From NCBI GenBank assembly GCA_051362555.1, contig CM120648.1:10846587-10910586 (forward strand): a stretch of DNA of 64,000 bases, given 5' to 3'. Position numbers and translations under genes: made by a program. Positions 1-14,146 of this stretch are shown piece by piece (positions within the stretch are counted from its first letter, which is position 1; each line of letters opens with the position of its first letter). Source of the DNA: Lingula anatina. Lineage: Eukaryota; Animalia; Brachiopoda. The notes under the pieces were generated by a model. The model worked only from the letters and a program-made list of their open reading frames with translations. It searched no databases and had not been told where the DNA came from.

Positions 1-1599
1 TTTAAGAAACCTGTATGTATAAACCCGCTGTATTTATTTTACATGCGAAGTTGAAACGACACACTTTTTTGCTTAGTTTAATAATTATGAATTTTCTATG
101 GCGTTAGGGAGTCATCTGTACAACCTCGGACAGGCTGTGCTCGGACGGAATTGTTTTGACACCCTGTCTCATTTGCTTTAACAATAATAGTTACTTTTTA
201 AAGTCCTATCTTATTAAGGTCGCGCGACAAGGTTATTTTCAGTTGCACCCTGGATTACGCACGCTTGCTCCGCAAGGTGTCGCCTGTGGTGGGGGGGCAG
301 CACAGCCCATATGGTTACTGTGGCGAAGGTGACAGGTACTTCCAAACATTTTTTCATAACTGTCATTTTTCCTCATTCTATTCATGAATTTGATATTTAC
401 GGCAATTGAAAATGTGTCAACGGCAAAAGTGAATCTTGGTGCGTTGACAGGCCGCACAGGTGTCCCTAATTAACCGCCACCAAAGAAGAGACCCCAAGCA
501 TTAAACAACACAACCTGTAGATATTGGAAATTTGGCGAAAGTTAAGCAACTGAGGCTTTATTAGATTTGGGCAGAAATCGAGAGGAATGTCCAGTGACAT
601 GCCAAACCCCAAAGTTCAAGTCTTGGCCCTTGACACCAGTAACGCACCCCTTAGTCAAGAATCTGAACAAATCGATGTTGGACAGGTATGCTCTATTTTC
701 TACAGGCGTTTTGTGATTTTATCAACTTGATTGCCAAGTGCCAGACCTTTTCTTCCCAGGTACTAGTAGCAAACTTTATCAGATAACAATCTGACACTAG
801 CCAAGCTGCACTAAAAGCGCTGTAAACTCAGTTATCAATGCTGTCATCTTTACCTGTATCTTTACCGCTATTATGCCAGTGGTACGTTTGATACATTTGA
901 GTAAGGAAATATGCTTTAATGCTTATGAAGTTATGTTCATTTGTAATACGTTAGCATCAACCTGTTAATAAAAACTTGGAAACTTTCAATGTTATTACAC
1001 AATAACAGTATAATGATGGGAGATGTTATGATTAAATGCTTAGAAGAATAATAAAAACAAATTATGTGAAATATAAAATGAATTGATTTTATTTGGGTTA
1101 TTTATTTATTTATTTCAAACCAATTAATTATCAAACATGAAGCTTATTTTTAGAAACATTCGCAGATATATGAAATATAACCCTGCTGGTACACAGATCT
1201 ACAGTTCTAAAATGCAAATACCAAGTACCTTTCACACACCACTGATGAGATGTGAATAATCATATGTATAAAGTAGTAAAAATATCACAAAATGTGTGTA
1301 AGCAAGATATTTCTGCAAGTAACCTCATTAATCAGTCAGGAAACTTCATAATGCACCCAATAAATGTAGAAATTTGAGCCAGAGAAATTCTAAATACAGG
1401 CATGACAGATTTACCATATATTGCCACCAACCCTTAACTGAATGGGCATTGAAAGAACAAAGTGAGTCTCCCTCCCATTAAAAATGAAAAATAAAAATAA
1501 ACAAATAAAAAACAGATACTGTCATTCTTAATACTGAAAAACAATGGCACCTTGCAGCCTTCACTGCCTCACTATTTGCAGACAATGTTCTAGTCACTG

Positions 1600-1720
1600 T
1601 AACTGCGTACTTTTGAGGCATAGATGCAAGAATAACTTCTTTGAAGTATATTGTGAAGGTCTCTTTTGTCATAAATCTGCCATGTTTAACCTGAATGTAC
1701 AACGATTCACACCGCAGCAG
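1600..1720 (-). mobile_element. Possible relic of a pogo/Tigger-like (DDE_1) transposase
   Basis: The translated stretch LYIQVKHGRFMTKETFTIYFKEVILASMP resembles the DDE_1 GWMTxExFxxWFxxVF motif. It is short and stop-interrupted, with no clear TIRs. Confidence 0.25.
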
Positions 1721-4700
1721 CTTGTCTTAGTAAGGACTCAACCAGTTTGAAAACTTGTGGCATAGCTTCAGGGACAAGATCACACCATCTATCCTTGCTG
1801 TGATGATGGATCTACTAGTACATTATCTATGTCTTGTCCTCCTAGTTTCTCTAATACCATTTCCCCTGATCTATGCTCACATCAATCTCTACAGCTTTAC
1901 CAACTGCTACACAGTTTTTACATCTGAAAGTATAAAGCAAATTTGTAATAAAGCACTATCAATTTACTTGTTAGATATTGATTTGAGGGCAAGAGAAAAA
2001 TGCAGAAACCTCATATCATAATCAAGATAATTGAAAATCAAATATGCATAATCAAATTAATAGCTTTAATTGTACATACTACTGATAATTTAATCTTTTA
2101 AACTTCAGCATAAATTTCTCTTGTTAAAGCATAGCCACTTTATCAAAATGTGTTTGAAAAAATAATAATAATAATGATAACAAAAATAAACAACCTGCAC
2201 ACAAGATGGAACATGGAGGTCAATTGCCACAAAATAAGTTGATTTGTACTTGGTAGCCTGAGAAATAGTATCAGGTATTAATTTGAGCAATAAATTGAGT
2301 AATAATACCACAGAGTTAACAATGACACAAGCATATGGTGTTGTGTAACAAAATTCATGCATTACTTGCTGTGGCAGTGTCCTCCTCAACCTATCGTGCA
2401 CCGCAGGTTTTGATTTTCAATGTCATCAAAAATTTTTATTGTTGTTAGTTTGATTTATGTATCTGCTATTCAAATAATATCCTTTGGAAAATAACTTACT
2501 GATTTAATTATGCTTTTGCAACATGAAATTATCAGTAACTTAGCCGGTTCACGTGTATACAGTACCTTGTTATCAGTGCTGCTCTTTTCTCCCCAACTCG
2601 TCACTGACAGGCTAATCACATCGTTTCAAAACAACGGTGGTATGCTCCTTTACTTTTGGTGTTGGCAGTTTCGCCCTGGGGACATCGTTTTTGGTTAAAA
2701 ACAACGTATCATTTTCACCCATCTATGCTTTGCTCGTGTACAAAATGGCCGCTTGCTGCCCCCCCAAGGGAAAAATCGTAGCACGTGGGTAGTTACGCAA
2801 GACCTGTGACGTATAACGCGCGCAAGGTTATTGACCACATAGCTGGAACGTCCTTTACCTGATGGTTAAGTGTCCTTCAACTTTAAGGTAGCCTTTGTCT
2901 TGAGTGTCTTGAATGGTTATTTGTGGAGACCTTAGTTCTAAAGTGGGTAAGGATTCCTGCACTGAAATGGATGACGTGATAGATAGGGATATTATAGAAG
3001 AGACTATAAATAACCACGGGCAAAATCTAAATGAATATTTATACATAGATTTAAATAGAAAAGAAAAATCAATTTGAATTTATTTTGGGCATTTTACATC
3101 TACATGTAGAAACAGGACGTTACACAAATACACCTGTTTGACACCTATTAAAATGAAAGAATATGCCAACTATGCAATAAAAAAAAGAAATTAGAAGATG
3201 AGGGTAATTTCTAACTTTGGTGCACTACATTATAGAGGAAAGGCATGTACTAGTATTTATAAAAATGGGTGTCAAAACAAATGACATACATAACATTCTA
3301 TAGAAAATTGACTGAAAAAAATTACGCAATTTGTAAATTTTATCGTTAAGATTTTGATTTAAGACAGGAAATATTGTATACAACAGGTGCATTATAAGCT
3401 TGTAGGGCTGGGTGGTTCCATACACATTGCAATATAACCCGCCAGTTAGTTATTCAGGTTCTTCGATTTCTCTTTCACCAGTAAGACAACTGAGACAGGC
3501 AAGTATATATAGTTTCCTGCTACATGATTTATTTAACTGACTGTAAAACTCAGGTCTCTGCTCTCTCTCTCTCTCTCTCTCTATGTCTCTATCTATATGT
3601 CCATCTATCTACGTATATGTCCCTCTGTGGCTCTGTCGCCTCTTTTATACCTGATCCTAATTTGCATTCCAAACTAACTTCTATAACTGGCATGCAACCT
3701 GACATGCTAAAATACATTTGAATAAATTAAAACTAGATAAAATCTGGACATAGGGTTAAATGAGGAGCCAGAGGAACAAAATATTAATTTTGACTTGACC
3801 CAGCCTTGGACATAATAACGAAGTCTAAGACCCAGCTTAGACAGACAAAAGAACAATATCCTACACCACTATTTCTAACTTATGTGAATGTTAACTTTCG
3901 GTCCCATGTCATCCTGCTCCATTGTTTCTCTTTTTTAAAACAGAATGGCAAAAGTGTTTTAACATTTTAAAAAATGAACAGGGCAACGTTATGATATGCA
4001 AGATCAGATATGGGTATTATGATTTCGACCAAGTTCACCTAACGCAATATTTGTGTCACAGTGGTTTAATATGTCTTATCCCCACAATGCTGCATTAAAT
4101 TGTGTTAAAAATGTGTATTTTTGCCCTTTACTTAAACAGTTTACCATTTTATAGGATACGGAGTGCTCATCCAAAATTTTAAAGGTAAACTTTGAACTGA
4201 GATCGCCAAATATACATATATTTGCACTTTCTCCCTCGGCATCATCAACTATGAAATAATTTTGAGATTACAAACAAGTATATTTTGTATTAAGATCTTC
4301 ACGCAATACTTAAAAATCAGTCTGTAACATGCATGTCCCTTACCTAAGGTTCTTCGGGTGAAATCAATTTTACTACCGGTGTGGATAGAAAAAAATGTTG
4401 TTATCATTATTAACAGGTTAGGAGCATTCTAGGCCTGGCTTTGTGATATCTAGCTGCTCTGTTACTTAGCTTATGTTCTGTGTACATACAAGTAAATACC
4501 TTTTGCTAACACATTTGCACAGTTTACCAAAGCGGCAAAAATATGAAAAGGTATTTACATAAAAGATTTTGCCACACTCATGCGCAACCAGTTCCTTGAC
4601 CCGAAAACCGTATGTAAATAACCATGCAAGTGTTTTGGAAAAGTAACGTCCTCTGTATCAATCTTAACAGGATATTTCAATTAAAAAATTGTGAGGCTAT

Positions 4701-5420
4701 TTCTAATGCACTCGGGAGATTTCATTGTGAGCGACCGACACGCCAGTGCCGTATTCTTCAGTCCGGGCATTTCCTGACAGATTTCCCCGCATTCTCCATG
4801 CCTTTATACTTTGATAATGCTTTTATACAACACTGACATAAAAACAACAATATGACTAGCCTTGGGAACATTTCTAAGGCACAAACAGAGCACCATTGTT
4901 AGCACCGTTATAAGTCTCTACTGAAAACCACAATGTGACATGATTTTTAATAACAACAGTTCAATTTACAGTTATACTCTCTTTATCTTAAGATACGCCA
5001 TTTCACAGTTAAACAGGTTCCGTACATGACTGGCCGATCAATGGCGATTTCTCTGAATGGCAATTCATTTTTATTTAAATATTTTAAGCTATATTCCGTG
5101 TAATTTTTCTTTTTACTGCTTTAGATACATTGAAACACCTATTGTAAAGAGAGCCGTATTTATCGTCTTTTGCTATAAACATGGACACAAGAACAATATC
5201 TCACAGGCAAATGGCCCTCCTAAAACGAATTGTAACTAACGGGTGATTTTGATTTTTATGTCCATTGTCATCATCACTTTTTTGTTTAAATTAAATATTT
5301 CCCAGGCCCGTTTGTAGAAAAGGTATTGGTTCATTATCATTCCAACATAACTTTGTTAAAAAATCAATAGTATTTATTAATTTATTTGACTCGCGTCTTT
5401 TCACTTCTTCAGGTATTATC

Positions 5421-7976
5421 ATGGCTGCTGCAGGGCCCAGCTCAACTACAGACTGGACTGAGTGTCTTGAACAATGCCGGGAAATCCTTCGTACAAGCAC
5501 ACTAAGTGTAGATATTCTCCTTGGTGCCTTGGTGTCCAACGATGTTGTGACGACTGAGGAGGCGGCAAATATCAAACAGCTGTCAACTGAAGCCCCTGCA
5601 CGGAAGGAAATTGATTTTATTTTAGACCTTCTTATTTAAAAGGAAATTTCAGCCTCAGAGATTTTTTTCCAAACAATCAAAGTTCATGAACTATGGATAA
5701 TAGAAAGATTGCAACTGGAAGGTTCGTATATTTTAGGTAATGGAATGAATTTACTGGAATCAGTAATCTTACTGTGATGCTTGATTGATGATATCTTATC
5801 TTTCCTTTCCGTTTGTTAAAGTTAAAGTTAACCCCTTTGCATGTGCGTATAACCCAGTTCTTTTTCTTGTAACATATAAGCAATTGCGAAAACAAACATA
5901 TTTTGTTTCAGGAATTCCCGTGAGTCAGTTTTTGGAATGTGACCCACTAACTACAGAAGCTGATAAAGTGAAAGAGACAGAGAGTGAAGCATCTGACAAC
6001 ACTGCTCCTCCACGATCGCAAACTGCATCTGAACTTGAAGAGGAGGAAAAATGGGACAAGCTACCGCAGTTGTGGTTTAGAGCCACGAAATTGCAATTTG
6101 GAGAGGGCGTTCCAGTTGTTCCTCTCGTTCAAGTTGCTTGTGATTCTACCTTTACGGAGGACGATCCTGTTGCAAAATATGTGAAGCAAAGTGTGCATAC
6201 GAACGGGCGTCTTTCAGGGGTGCGGCAATTTAGAACGTATGGGAATGTTGTTAACGAAACAAGAGGTGCAGTTGGCATTGTCACGCTGAAAAAGCTACCA
6301 GTGGCACGGGTAAATAGTTTTGGTTTAATTTTTTAAGATTATTAGGAATTTTGTTGTGTGTAACACTGAAACATATTAGGGCAATGTTAAAATAATATGA
6401 TTCATATCTCTGCACTTTTTTTTCAGGAATCGGAAGCTATAATCCAGATATATGAATGTTTTCGCAGTAAAGGCGGTTCGTTTGTGCTTGTGCTCAACTA
6501 CGATACTTTTTTTGTCAACCAGTCTGAAAAACCTCGTGTGCTCAGATGTCTACTTGAACACTACAGGGGTAAGACAACAAAGGACTACATAAAAGTCGCG
6601 CAAGGATTAAGTTCATCAATAGTATTCCCTCCACTCGGAGACAGTGAATTCGTTTACAAGTACATCAAAAAGTTAGGACTGCAAACTTGTAAGCGGATTG
6701 CGGAAAGAACAAGCCCATCATCTGTAAAGGATGTTGAAAACATGATAAAAGAGCTAGAAGAAAAAGATCCAAACACATCACCTTTGTCTGATACTGCAAA
6801 AAGTCACCTGTTTAAGTGAGTGTGTACATAAAGCTTTTCATCTTTTAACAGTCAAAATATGCAAAACAAACAAACAAACAAAAAAAAAATCACAGTGTAG
6901 CAGTGAAGAAATAAGATCACTTATTGTAATAGTTTGTTTAATCAATTTTAATTTTTCCTATTGATTTTCTACATGTATTTATGACATAAGTGTGTGGTAG
7001 TGTAAATTCAATAAATGCGAGTATGTTGCATAACTATAAGACTATTTTTGCACTTTTTTTCAGACTTTCCTTTGTAAAAGGGTTCTGTGTCATGGCCGAG
7101 ACACCTCATATCTACATCCATGAGGAACAGTTTGGTGACCGTGAAACACATAAACAGGTGCATGATATCGTATCGCCCTATTTTGGTGACCATTATTTTA
7201 TATTGGAATACTCTAAACAGTCCCGTTTTGTACCTCTTGTCTCACTTAAGCCAGGGGAGCCTATATTCCGCAACCCCCCTAATATTAGGAAATACGGAAC
7301 TCTCGGTGCTTTACTTGAAGTGCGCCAAGGATCTGCCCCCGAAGAGCATGATTGGTATGGCTTAACATGTGAGCATGTTGTGGGAGAGAGTGCTTCAATG
7401 ATGATCAGAACGGGGAGAAATTCGTTTTATGACTTTGGCGAAGTGGCATACAAGAGAGATATCACTAAAACTAAAAAAGATGTAGCCCTCATAAAGATTA
7501 ACCGTGGGTGTTGCCCCCTATTTACCCATGGGCACACTGATGTTCGTAGAGACCTTAAAGGAATTCAAATGAAGAAGGTCCGAAAGACTGGCGCTCAAAC
7601 CGGGGAAACGTACGGTATTGTGGCAGGCACTGATTGTGACTTCCCAGATCATGGTAAAGACTTTATATTACTTTGTTCGGAAACACGATCAGCTCTTTTT
7701 GCAGAGGGAGGTGATAGCGGTTCTATTGTTTTATTAGATGATGATTGTGAAGTAGAAGCATTGTCCATACTTGTAGGCAAATTCGACAGAAGGGACGACG
7801 TTCCTCAGTCGGAAGTAGAAGGGAGTGACCACACTTTTCATCCGGGGCTAGAAGAGAGCGAGCACCCCGTCGCTGGTGGCAGTTCAGCGTCTGATACGAG
7901 GGGTTTTTGTTTGCCGAGAGTATGCTTTCACCCTTCATTCCAAAGAACACACAAGTATTTTATTCCGACACATTAA
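5421..7976 (+). pseudogene. Disrupted paralogue of the CARD-serine protease gene; exons 5421-5721, 5912-6309, 6427-6815, 7064-~8035
   Basis: Exon boundaries match the intact copy. In-frame TAA at 5637-5639 where the paralogue has TTA (Leu). After ILVGK there are 137 nt versus 12 nt in the paralogue, which puts the homologous SMLSPFI..YSDTLT..LDQIKN segment out of frame. Triad motifs TCEHVV, DVALIKI and GDSGS are retained. Confidence 0.8.
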
Positions 7977-9411
7977 CAGTAACTCTGGATCAAATAAAAA
8001 ATAACCAAGAAAAAATTCGAGAGACAAAATTCTAGAATACATTGATGAAGTAAGCAGACACCACAGTCTCTTATTCGTTCGGCGTGTTGATCCAAGAAAG
8101 CCAGTTGCTACAACGCGGTGCATGCTATGTAGACAACTCCGTAAATCTGGGCTTATCAGTAGTGTTGTCTAAACATGCAAAATTGAACAATGGCGAGCAT
8201 GCGTGCCCTAAATCGATAAATGCCGTCACCTAAGAGTAAAGTATAAGTAGCTTACCTTATCGCATGCAGATTCTTGGACGGTTTGCATCTTCAAATGACA
8301 CCATTTTAGGCCATTCTCTAGGCTTATCAGCTTGTTAACATGAGTGTAGCATGTGACTGGAAATGTTTATAGATAAGACACCGCCGTGAGAGGACAGACA
8401 AAAAGCTATTATTCAGTGAAAGACACAATAAGACAGTCTGTGAAAACTTTGCAGTGTGATGGTAATGTAAGGCCAAATTAACCCATTTCTCGGTCTGTAA
8501 AATTTACTTGTATGCGCTACAGACTCCCGAGATGATTTGTCTTCTCCTTTCCATTCACATTGGATAAAGGTTTCCTATTTGCCCTATTTAATTTTGGCAC
8601 TAGAGCAAGTTCATTATTAAATGACAATGTTGGAAAAATTAAAAAGGACCGAAGAAATTTAGCGGGAAATAACTCCAGGAGTATTTCTTGGTTCGAAAAA
8701 AAAATGCAGCAATCTTTAGAATAAAACTTGGAATTCTGCCAAGAGGATGGCTAAATCTATTAATGCATGTTCTTGTTGACAAAAAGAAAAGAGAAAGCAT
8801 CTTCACCGAACAAAATATGTTGGCGTGTTTCCTGATAAATTTGGTCATTTTAGACAACAAGTGAGTAATAAAAAGCAACAATTTTCACACCAAAAGGTGT
8901 AAACAACCAAAAACATTGGTTGACGAAAGGTTAATGACAACGAGTAAGATTCTGTTCAGACATTGGCTCTATTAAATCTGACGCTCTCGGTGTCAATTAA
9001 AATCATAATTTCGTCCGCAAACTCTAATTCTATGTGATGCTTCTTGCCTTGTAATTGTCGTGGCGTTACCTATGACAGGGACGTTGGTGGTTCAAGTTAT
9101 ATGTCAATGTTTATACAGCAACATATCAATTGGATGATTGTCAACAAGGTGGTGGGGACTACATGACATTAGTCACATTCACCTGTTCAATAGATAAGGT
9201 AGAGAGAATTCCCATTAATCCAGGAGGTGCAATGTTTAATTACTGATCGTCCTTTTGACAAAATGTTAATTAAACCTTTTTGCGCTTATTCAAGGTATAA
9301 CGTGACAGTAATACAAATTATTTATTTGGATGTTAAATCCATTTGATATGTTCTGTAGACCTTTCAAATAAGAGACGGGGTAAAAGGGTTGTTTTAGATT
9401 AAAAAAGCCAA

Positions 9412-9458
9412 TTATATTATATTATATTATATTATATTATATTATATTATATTATATT
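9412..9458. repeat. (ATT)n microsatellite
   Basis: Direct reading of the sequence. Confidence 0.95.
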
Positions 9459-10050
9459 GTCCGGACTGTTAGTTTATTCCACAAAGGGGTTAACACAGTC
9501 ATGTCGCATTTGAGAAAAATAAATGACACATTAATTTTTAGTATAGTTGTCTATACACGCAAAATTGAAAAAAAAATGATACATTTACATGCAACGCTTA
9601 TCTCGCCCTAAGTCGATAAATGCAGTCGGCTTAGGGTTAAAAAAAAGATGAGAAGCGAACAAAAAGATTTGCGACACAACACCGTGCACCCATCATAAAG
9701 ACGACAGCGCCGTGAGAGACAGACCAATAACGTATTCTACAGCGAAGGACGCACCACAGGATAATCAGCACCAACAAAATAGTGTGCTGGTAGGGCAAGG
9801 CTAAATTGACATACACGATTTTTTTTTTTTTTTTTTTTTTTTTGGGGGGGGGGGGGGCATCCTAAGTGGCTACATGTTACAGAGACATTCCTATGACAGG
9901 TTACGGTAGGGAAAAATCAGTTTTCAGTTGGCGATCGTACGGAGCTCTTTAAGTCTTAGTGCAGTTGCCGCACTCGTTCCTTAGGGCTTCCTTGAAGATC
10001 GATACTTTGTCGGTACATTTCCCTTTGTTTTTAAGCACCCCTGTGGCTAA

Positions 10051-10847
10051 TACCCCCGTCGCACTTATTCGGAATCAGCAGGAATGAAGAAGAATGAGCC
10101 TGAACGAAGAATTTTTAAAATTCGCACCACATTCGGGGAAAAATTCAAATTGACCTTAATTATTGTAAGAGTACCGTTGGAATACTCAGAATGCGCTTGA
10201 ATTCGCCTGGAACTTTCGACTGTAATAGCTCTCAAAAGCAGTTCGAATGTAGTTGAAAAACTAGGAATATTTTTAATTCTGTTAGAAGGCAGTAAGAATA
10301 TTTAGAATATACTTTGAACGGCGCACTATTGTAGTTCGATTGCTGGCAACATTAATATTTCAGCTCATCCGAGGCACATTCGAAACATTCTGGTCGGGAT
10401 ATAAAACTCCCGTCACACTAGAGGCGGAATGATTAAGAATGGCGTCTGAAAAACAATTCTTTGTGCATTCCAGGATATTCGAAGAGCATTCTAAAACATT
10501 CTAAAAATTCTGGGTGCATTACAAATATTTTACCCATTCTTGTGGCCGGCTCGAGTGTTTTTGTCATGTCAAAAACTTTCGAAGTGCATTCCAAGAGGAA
10601 ATTAATCGCAATATTCCTACAGTATTCCAATTACATTCGAGCTGCATTTGAGAGGTAATATACCTGGAATGTGCAAGAATCATTCCAGGCGGGTTCGATG
10701 TGCATTCATAGTATTCCAGAGGCATTCTTACAAAGCCGTAATATTTTATGATAATCTGAAATTCCCTCCCAAATATGGATACGAATTTTTAAATTTAGTA
10801 ATTCCGGCTTGATTCCTACTGATTTCGAATAAGTTTGACGAGGGGTT
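10051..10847. mobile_element. Non-autonomous DNA transposon (MITE, PIF/Harbinger-like)
   Basis: About 40-bp imperfect TIRs (TACCCCCGTCGCACTTATTCGGAATCAGCAGGAAT / ATTCCTACTGATTTCGAATAAGTTTGACGAGGGGT) flanked by TAA on both sides. The interior is rich in GAAT/ATTC motifs. Confidence 0.6.
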
Positions 10848-11079
10848 AAGTCACTTGTCAGTTCGAATATTCCTCTAATGTGATCAGAATGTTTCGAATG
10901 CTGTCGGAATGCCGTGAGAATATTTAGAATGCAGTCATAGTGCAGTTAGAATACTGTTCAAATGCCATTCGATAAATTTCCACTTAGAATGCACTTCGAA
11001 AGTTTTTGACATGACAAAAAACATTCGGGATGCCACAAGAAAAGCTGTAAAGATAGATAAGGCAAAACAATTCAGAAGA

Positions 11080-12550
11080 TGCAAGGTTGGTTAATAATAA
11101 ACCCTTAATGAGACGTTGATTAAACATTATCTTATTTATTCAAGTTGTAACATAAGGCAGAATCAGTCCTCTCAAGCACTTAGATTGTATGGACTGGTCA
11201 CCTGATTTATATGTGAATTCGATAATGCGTTCGCCTTAGGGAAAGAAAATATGATTGGCGCATTGCTAACATGATCGCACCCAGATATTCCAGGACGATT
11301 TGTAGTCTCATATGACGTCATTTTTCGCTATAGTCTCGGCCTATCAGCTTGCTCGAACGTGATTTAGGAGACTGAAATGTCCATAGTTAAAAATTGCAAC
11401 ACATTTTTATGCACCCATTATAAAGAAGACGTCGTGAGCGAGAGACGAACAGACCAATATCGTATTATTCAGCGAAAGACACAACCTAAGACAATCTTGA
11501 TCAAGTCAACAGTGTGCTGATAAGGTAAGGCCAAATTAACTCATTTCTTGGTATGTAGAATCTACATGTTGGCGCTACAGACTTCCGGGATGATTCGTCC
11601 CTCCCTCTTTCCTTTAAATTGCATAATGGTTAGTTATTTGCCCAATTTCATTTTGACACTAGTGCAAGTTCACACTTTTAACTATTTTACTTAAAAGTAG
11701 TTTACTAATACTATTGGTAAAATTAACAAGGGCCTTTGAAAATCTCGCAGTTACATTATCGAGTAATTACATAATCGAGATTATTTCATTTGGTCTGAAA
11801 TAAATGCAGTAATCCTTAATGAAAATTTGGCATTATCAAGAGTGATAAAGAAGACTTTCTTGCAGAAAAAAAAAGGAAGAAAAAAGGACAAATCTAATGT
11901 GCTTGTTTCTTATTATAATCCTAATAAAATTTATTTATTTCGGCCAAAAGTTGGATAGAACATTTAAAATACTGAAATAGTTATTTTGTTAAGACATATT
12001 GGATATTTAAATATTTTCCGAAATACATTTTCAAGAATTGCATAAGAATTAAATTTTGAATGTACATGTATTTGGTCCTTGAGGCTATCTATGTTCTCAT
12101 TTTGCGACTTTAAATATCTGGGCACTTACCTTATAAAATTGTTCACTCGGTGTTGGTAAAAAGAGGTGCATTTGTGGTTATTAACTCCAAACTCCAATTT
12201 TTTTTTTTAAATAATTATCGTGGTGTTTATGTGTGCAATGATGGGAATCAGCATTGGTGTGTTAAGTTATGTCAGGTGTATTCAATAACATATACCGTAC
12301 CGTAACATGTACATGTATCAGTTGTCGATAAGGTGGTTGGTACAACATGACATTAGATACATCCATCTGTTTAGATAGGTAGGGCAAGAGATTTAAAAGG
12401 TGCAAGGTTGAACAATAATAAATACTCAAATAATAAATAATCAACCTTTAAGACGTTGATTAAACATTATCTTGTTTATTCAAGCTGTAACATAAGGCAG
12501 AATCAGTCCTCGCAAGCACTAGCACTGGATGAACTGGTCAGCTGATTTAC
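11080..12550 (+). repeat. ~130-bp direct repeat (about 11080-11210 and 12400-12550)
   Basis: GAGACGTTGATTAAACATTATCTT(A/G)TTTATTCAAG(T/C)TGTAACATAAGGCAGAATCAGTCCTC occurs twice. Confidence 0.75.
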
Positions 12551-14024
12551 TGACATACGGCTAGGAAGAAAATTATAGTTATACAAAATTAACACAATTT
12601 TTGAACATGTTCAGTAAAGTTCATTTAGATTTTTTACTTCAAACAACAGTACAATAAAAAGTTGTTTTTAGCCAAAATTTGGCTACCAGCAGATATTTCC
12701 TCAAGGCCAGAAATGCGCAGCATTCACGCGATACGCGAGGGCGCTACAGTAGGGCTTCACGTAACTCAACAAGCCAGTCACAGCACAACAATGGCATCGC
12801 ACACAGACTCTGTGATAAGTGCTCGAGGAGCCAAAGTTGACTACCAAAAGCTGGCAAATCCTACCTATTCATTCCCTGCAAAACGTATCAGATTACACAA
12901 AAAAAGCCCAGGTGACAAATTACACTTCCAAGAATGCATTCTAGATCCCCTCAGCATACCTATCTTAACTCTAGTGGTTATCATAACTAGGGCAGGTAAC
13001 TACCTGGCCGGGCTGGCAACTTTTCAGAGTTACCTGCCCTGTGGTCTGGCTAGTAATTTCCTTGAATTTCATACACTGTAATTACTAAATGATGAAAGGA
13101 ATTTTGGATTAAGAGGTTATAATTAGTTAAATAGTGATATTGTCAGTCAATTTATTTAGAATCTGGTAATATGATTGAAAATACTGATTGAATTATTGGC
13201 CTTGCACTGGGCAGTTTTACATTTGTGCCAAGTGTTTTATTTTTAAATCTTTTTTGGACTTCTTTGTACAGTGGTAAAAGTTCTTCAATTGCCATGAAAG
13301 TTTTTAATCAGACTCTGTATGGTGCTGCCATCTGCTGGTGCTATCGGCAACGAATTAGTTTGCCTTTGTTTCTGAGTGAATCTACCGTCTAAAATCACTA
13401 TTTCTGAAAATATTTGCGTTTTGCTGAGGGAAGGCTAGGCAATGCACGGCAAACTTCTTAGTACGTGTGTACAACAGAATTTTTTAAAAGCACTAACGAT
13501 ATTTGGTCAAGAGTTGCTTGAAGCATAGCACAGCGTTGCTGTCTATCGGCATCAGGCTGTTAGTTTGTCAATTCTCACGAATTACCCACGAATCGCGAAC
13601 CCATTCATTTTCATATGGCAATCTAGCAACCCATTAAAAATGCACGCATGCACAGTGGGCTAGGCGTGACGTCATGCAGTGCATTTCTGGGGATGTGATA
13701 TCTCAACACAGAGCAGGTTGAGGCTTGCTGGAGCGTGGTAGGACTGATGACATATTTAAAGGGATAATAACTCTTCGTATGAGATCTATATTTCACCATA
13801 AAAACATTGTGAACAACTCTTAGAAATATAATATATCCTGCTTTACCACAAAAACGGTAGTTATAGCTATTATTCTGATATTTGAGCTTGTCTTTAGACC
13901 ACGTTACCTACGTTGCTGGCTATACTCTGTTATAATCTCTTAAGAGATCATGACAAATAAGACAAACTTTCAGGAAAAAAAACAGGGACTAACTTTAAGA
14001 ATGATGTGAATTTTTCTTCAGTCA

Positions 14025-14092
14025 ACAGCTAATACTGAGATAGGTTTTACCTCCAATATTTCGATGTCTATCAGGACATCTTCTTCAGGGAA
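14025..14092 (-). ncRNA. Hammerhead ribozyme-like motif in the PLE pseudo-LTR (3' copy)
   Basis: Minus strand reads CUGAAGA-A-GAUGUC/CUGAUA/GACAUC (stem II)-GAAA-UAUUG..CAGUA (stem III)-UU. Minimal hammerheads are an established feature of PLE pLTRs. Stem I is not obvious. Confidence 0.6.
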
Positions 14093-14146
14093 TGAGGCTA
14101 TCCAGGTGAATAGCCTCTACTCAGGAGGTGTACTTGCCCCCCCCCC

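Noticed and set aside
220-2832. CGCGCG(A)CAAGGTTATT direct repeat at ~221 and ~2817 with weak inverted similarity inside
   Set aside because: Could bound an old DNA transposon, but the similarity is too degenerate to define termini.
12662-13081. 139-aa ORF
   Set aside because: TTG start, no recognisable motif or splice context; lies in repeat-like sequence.
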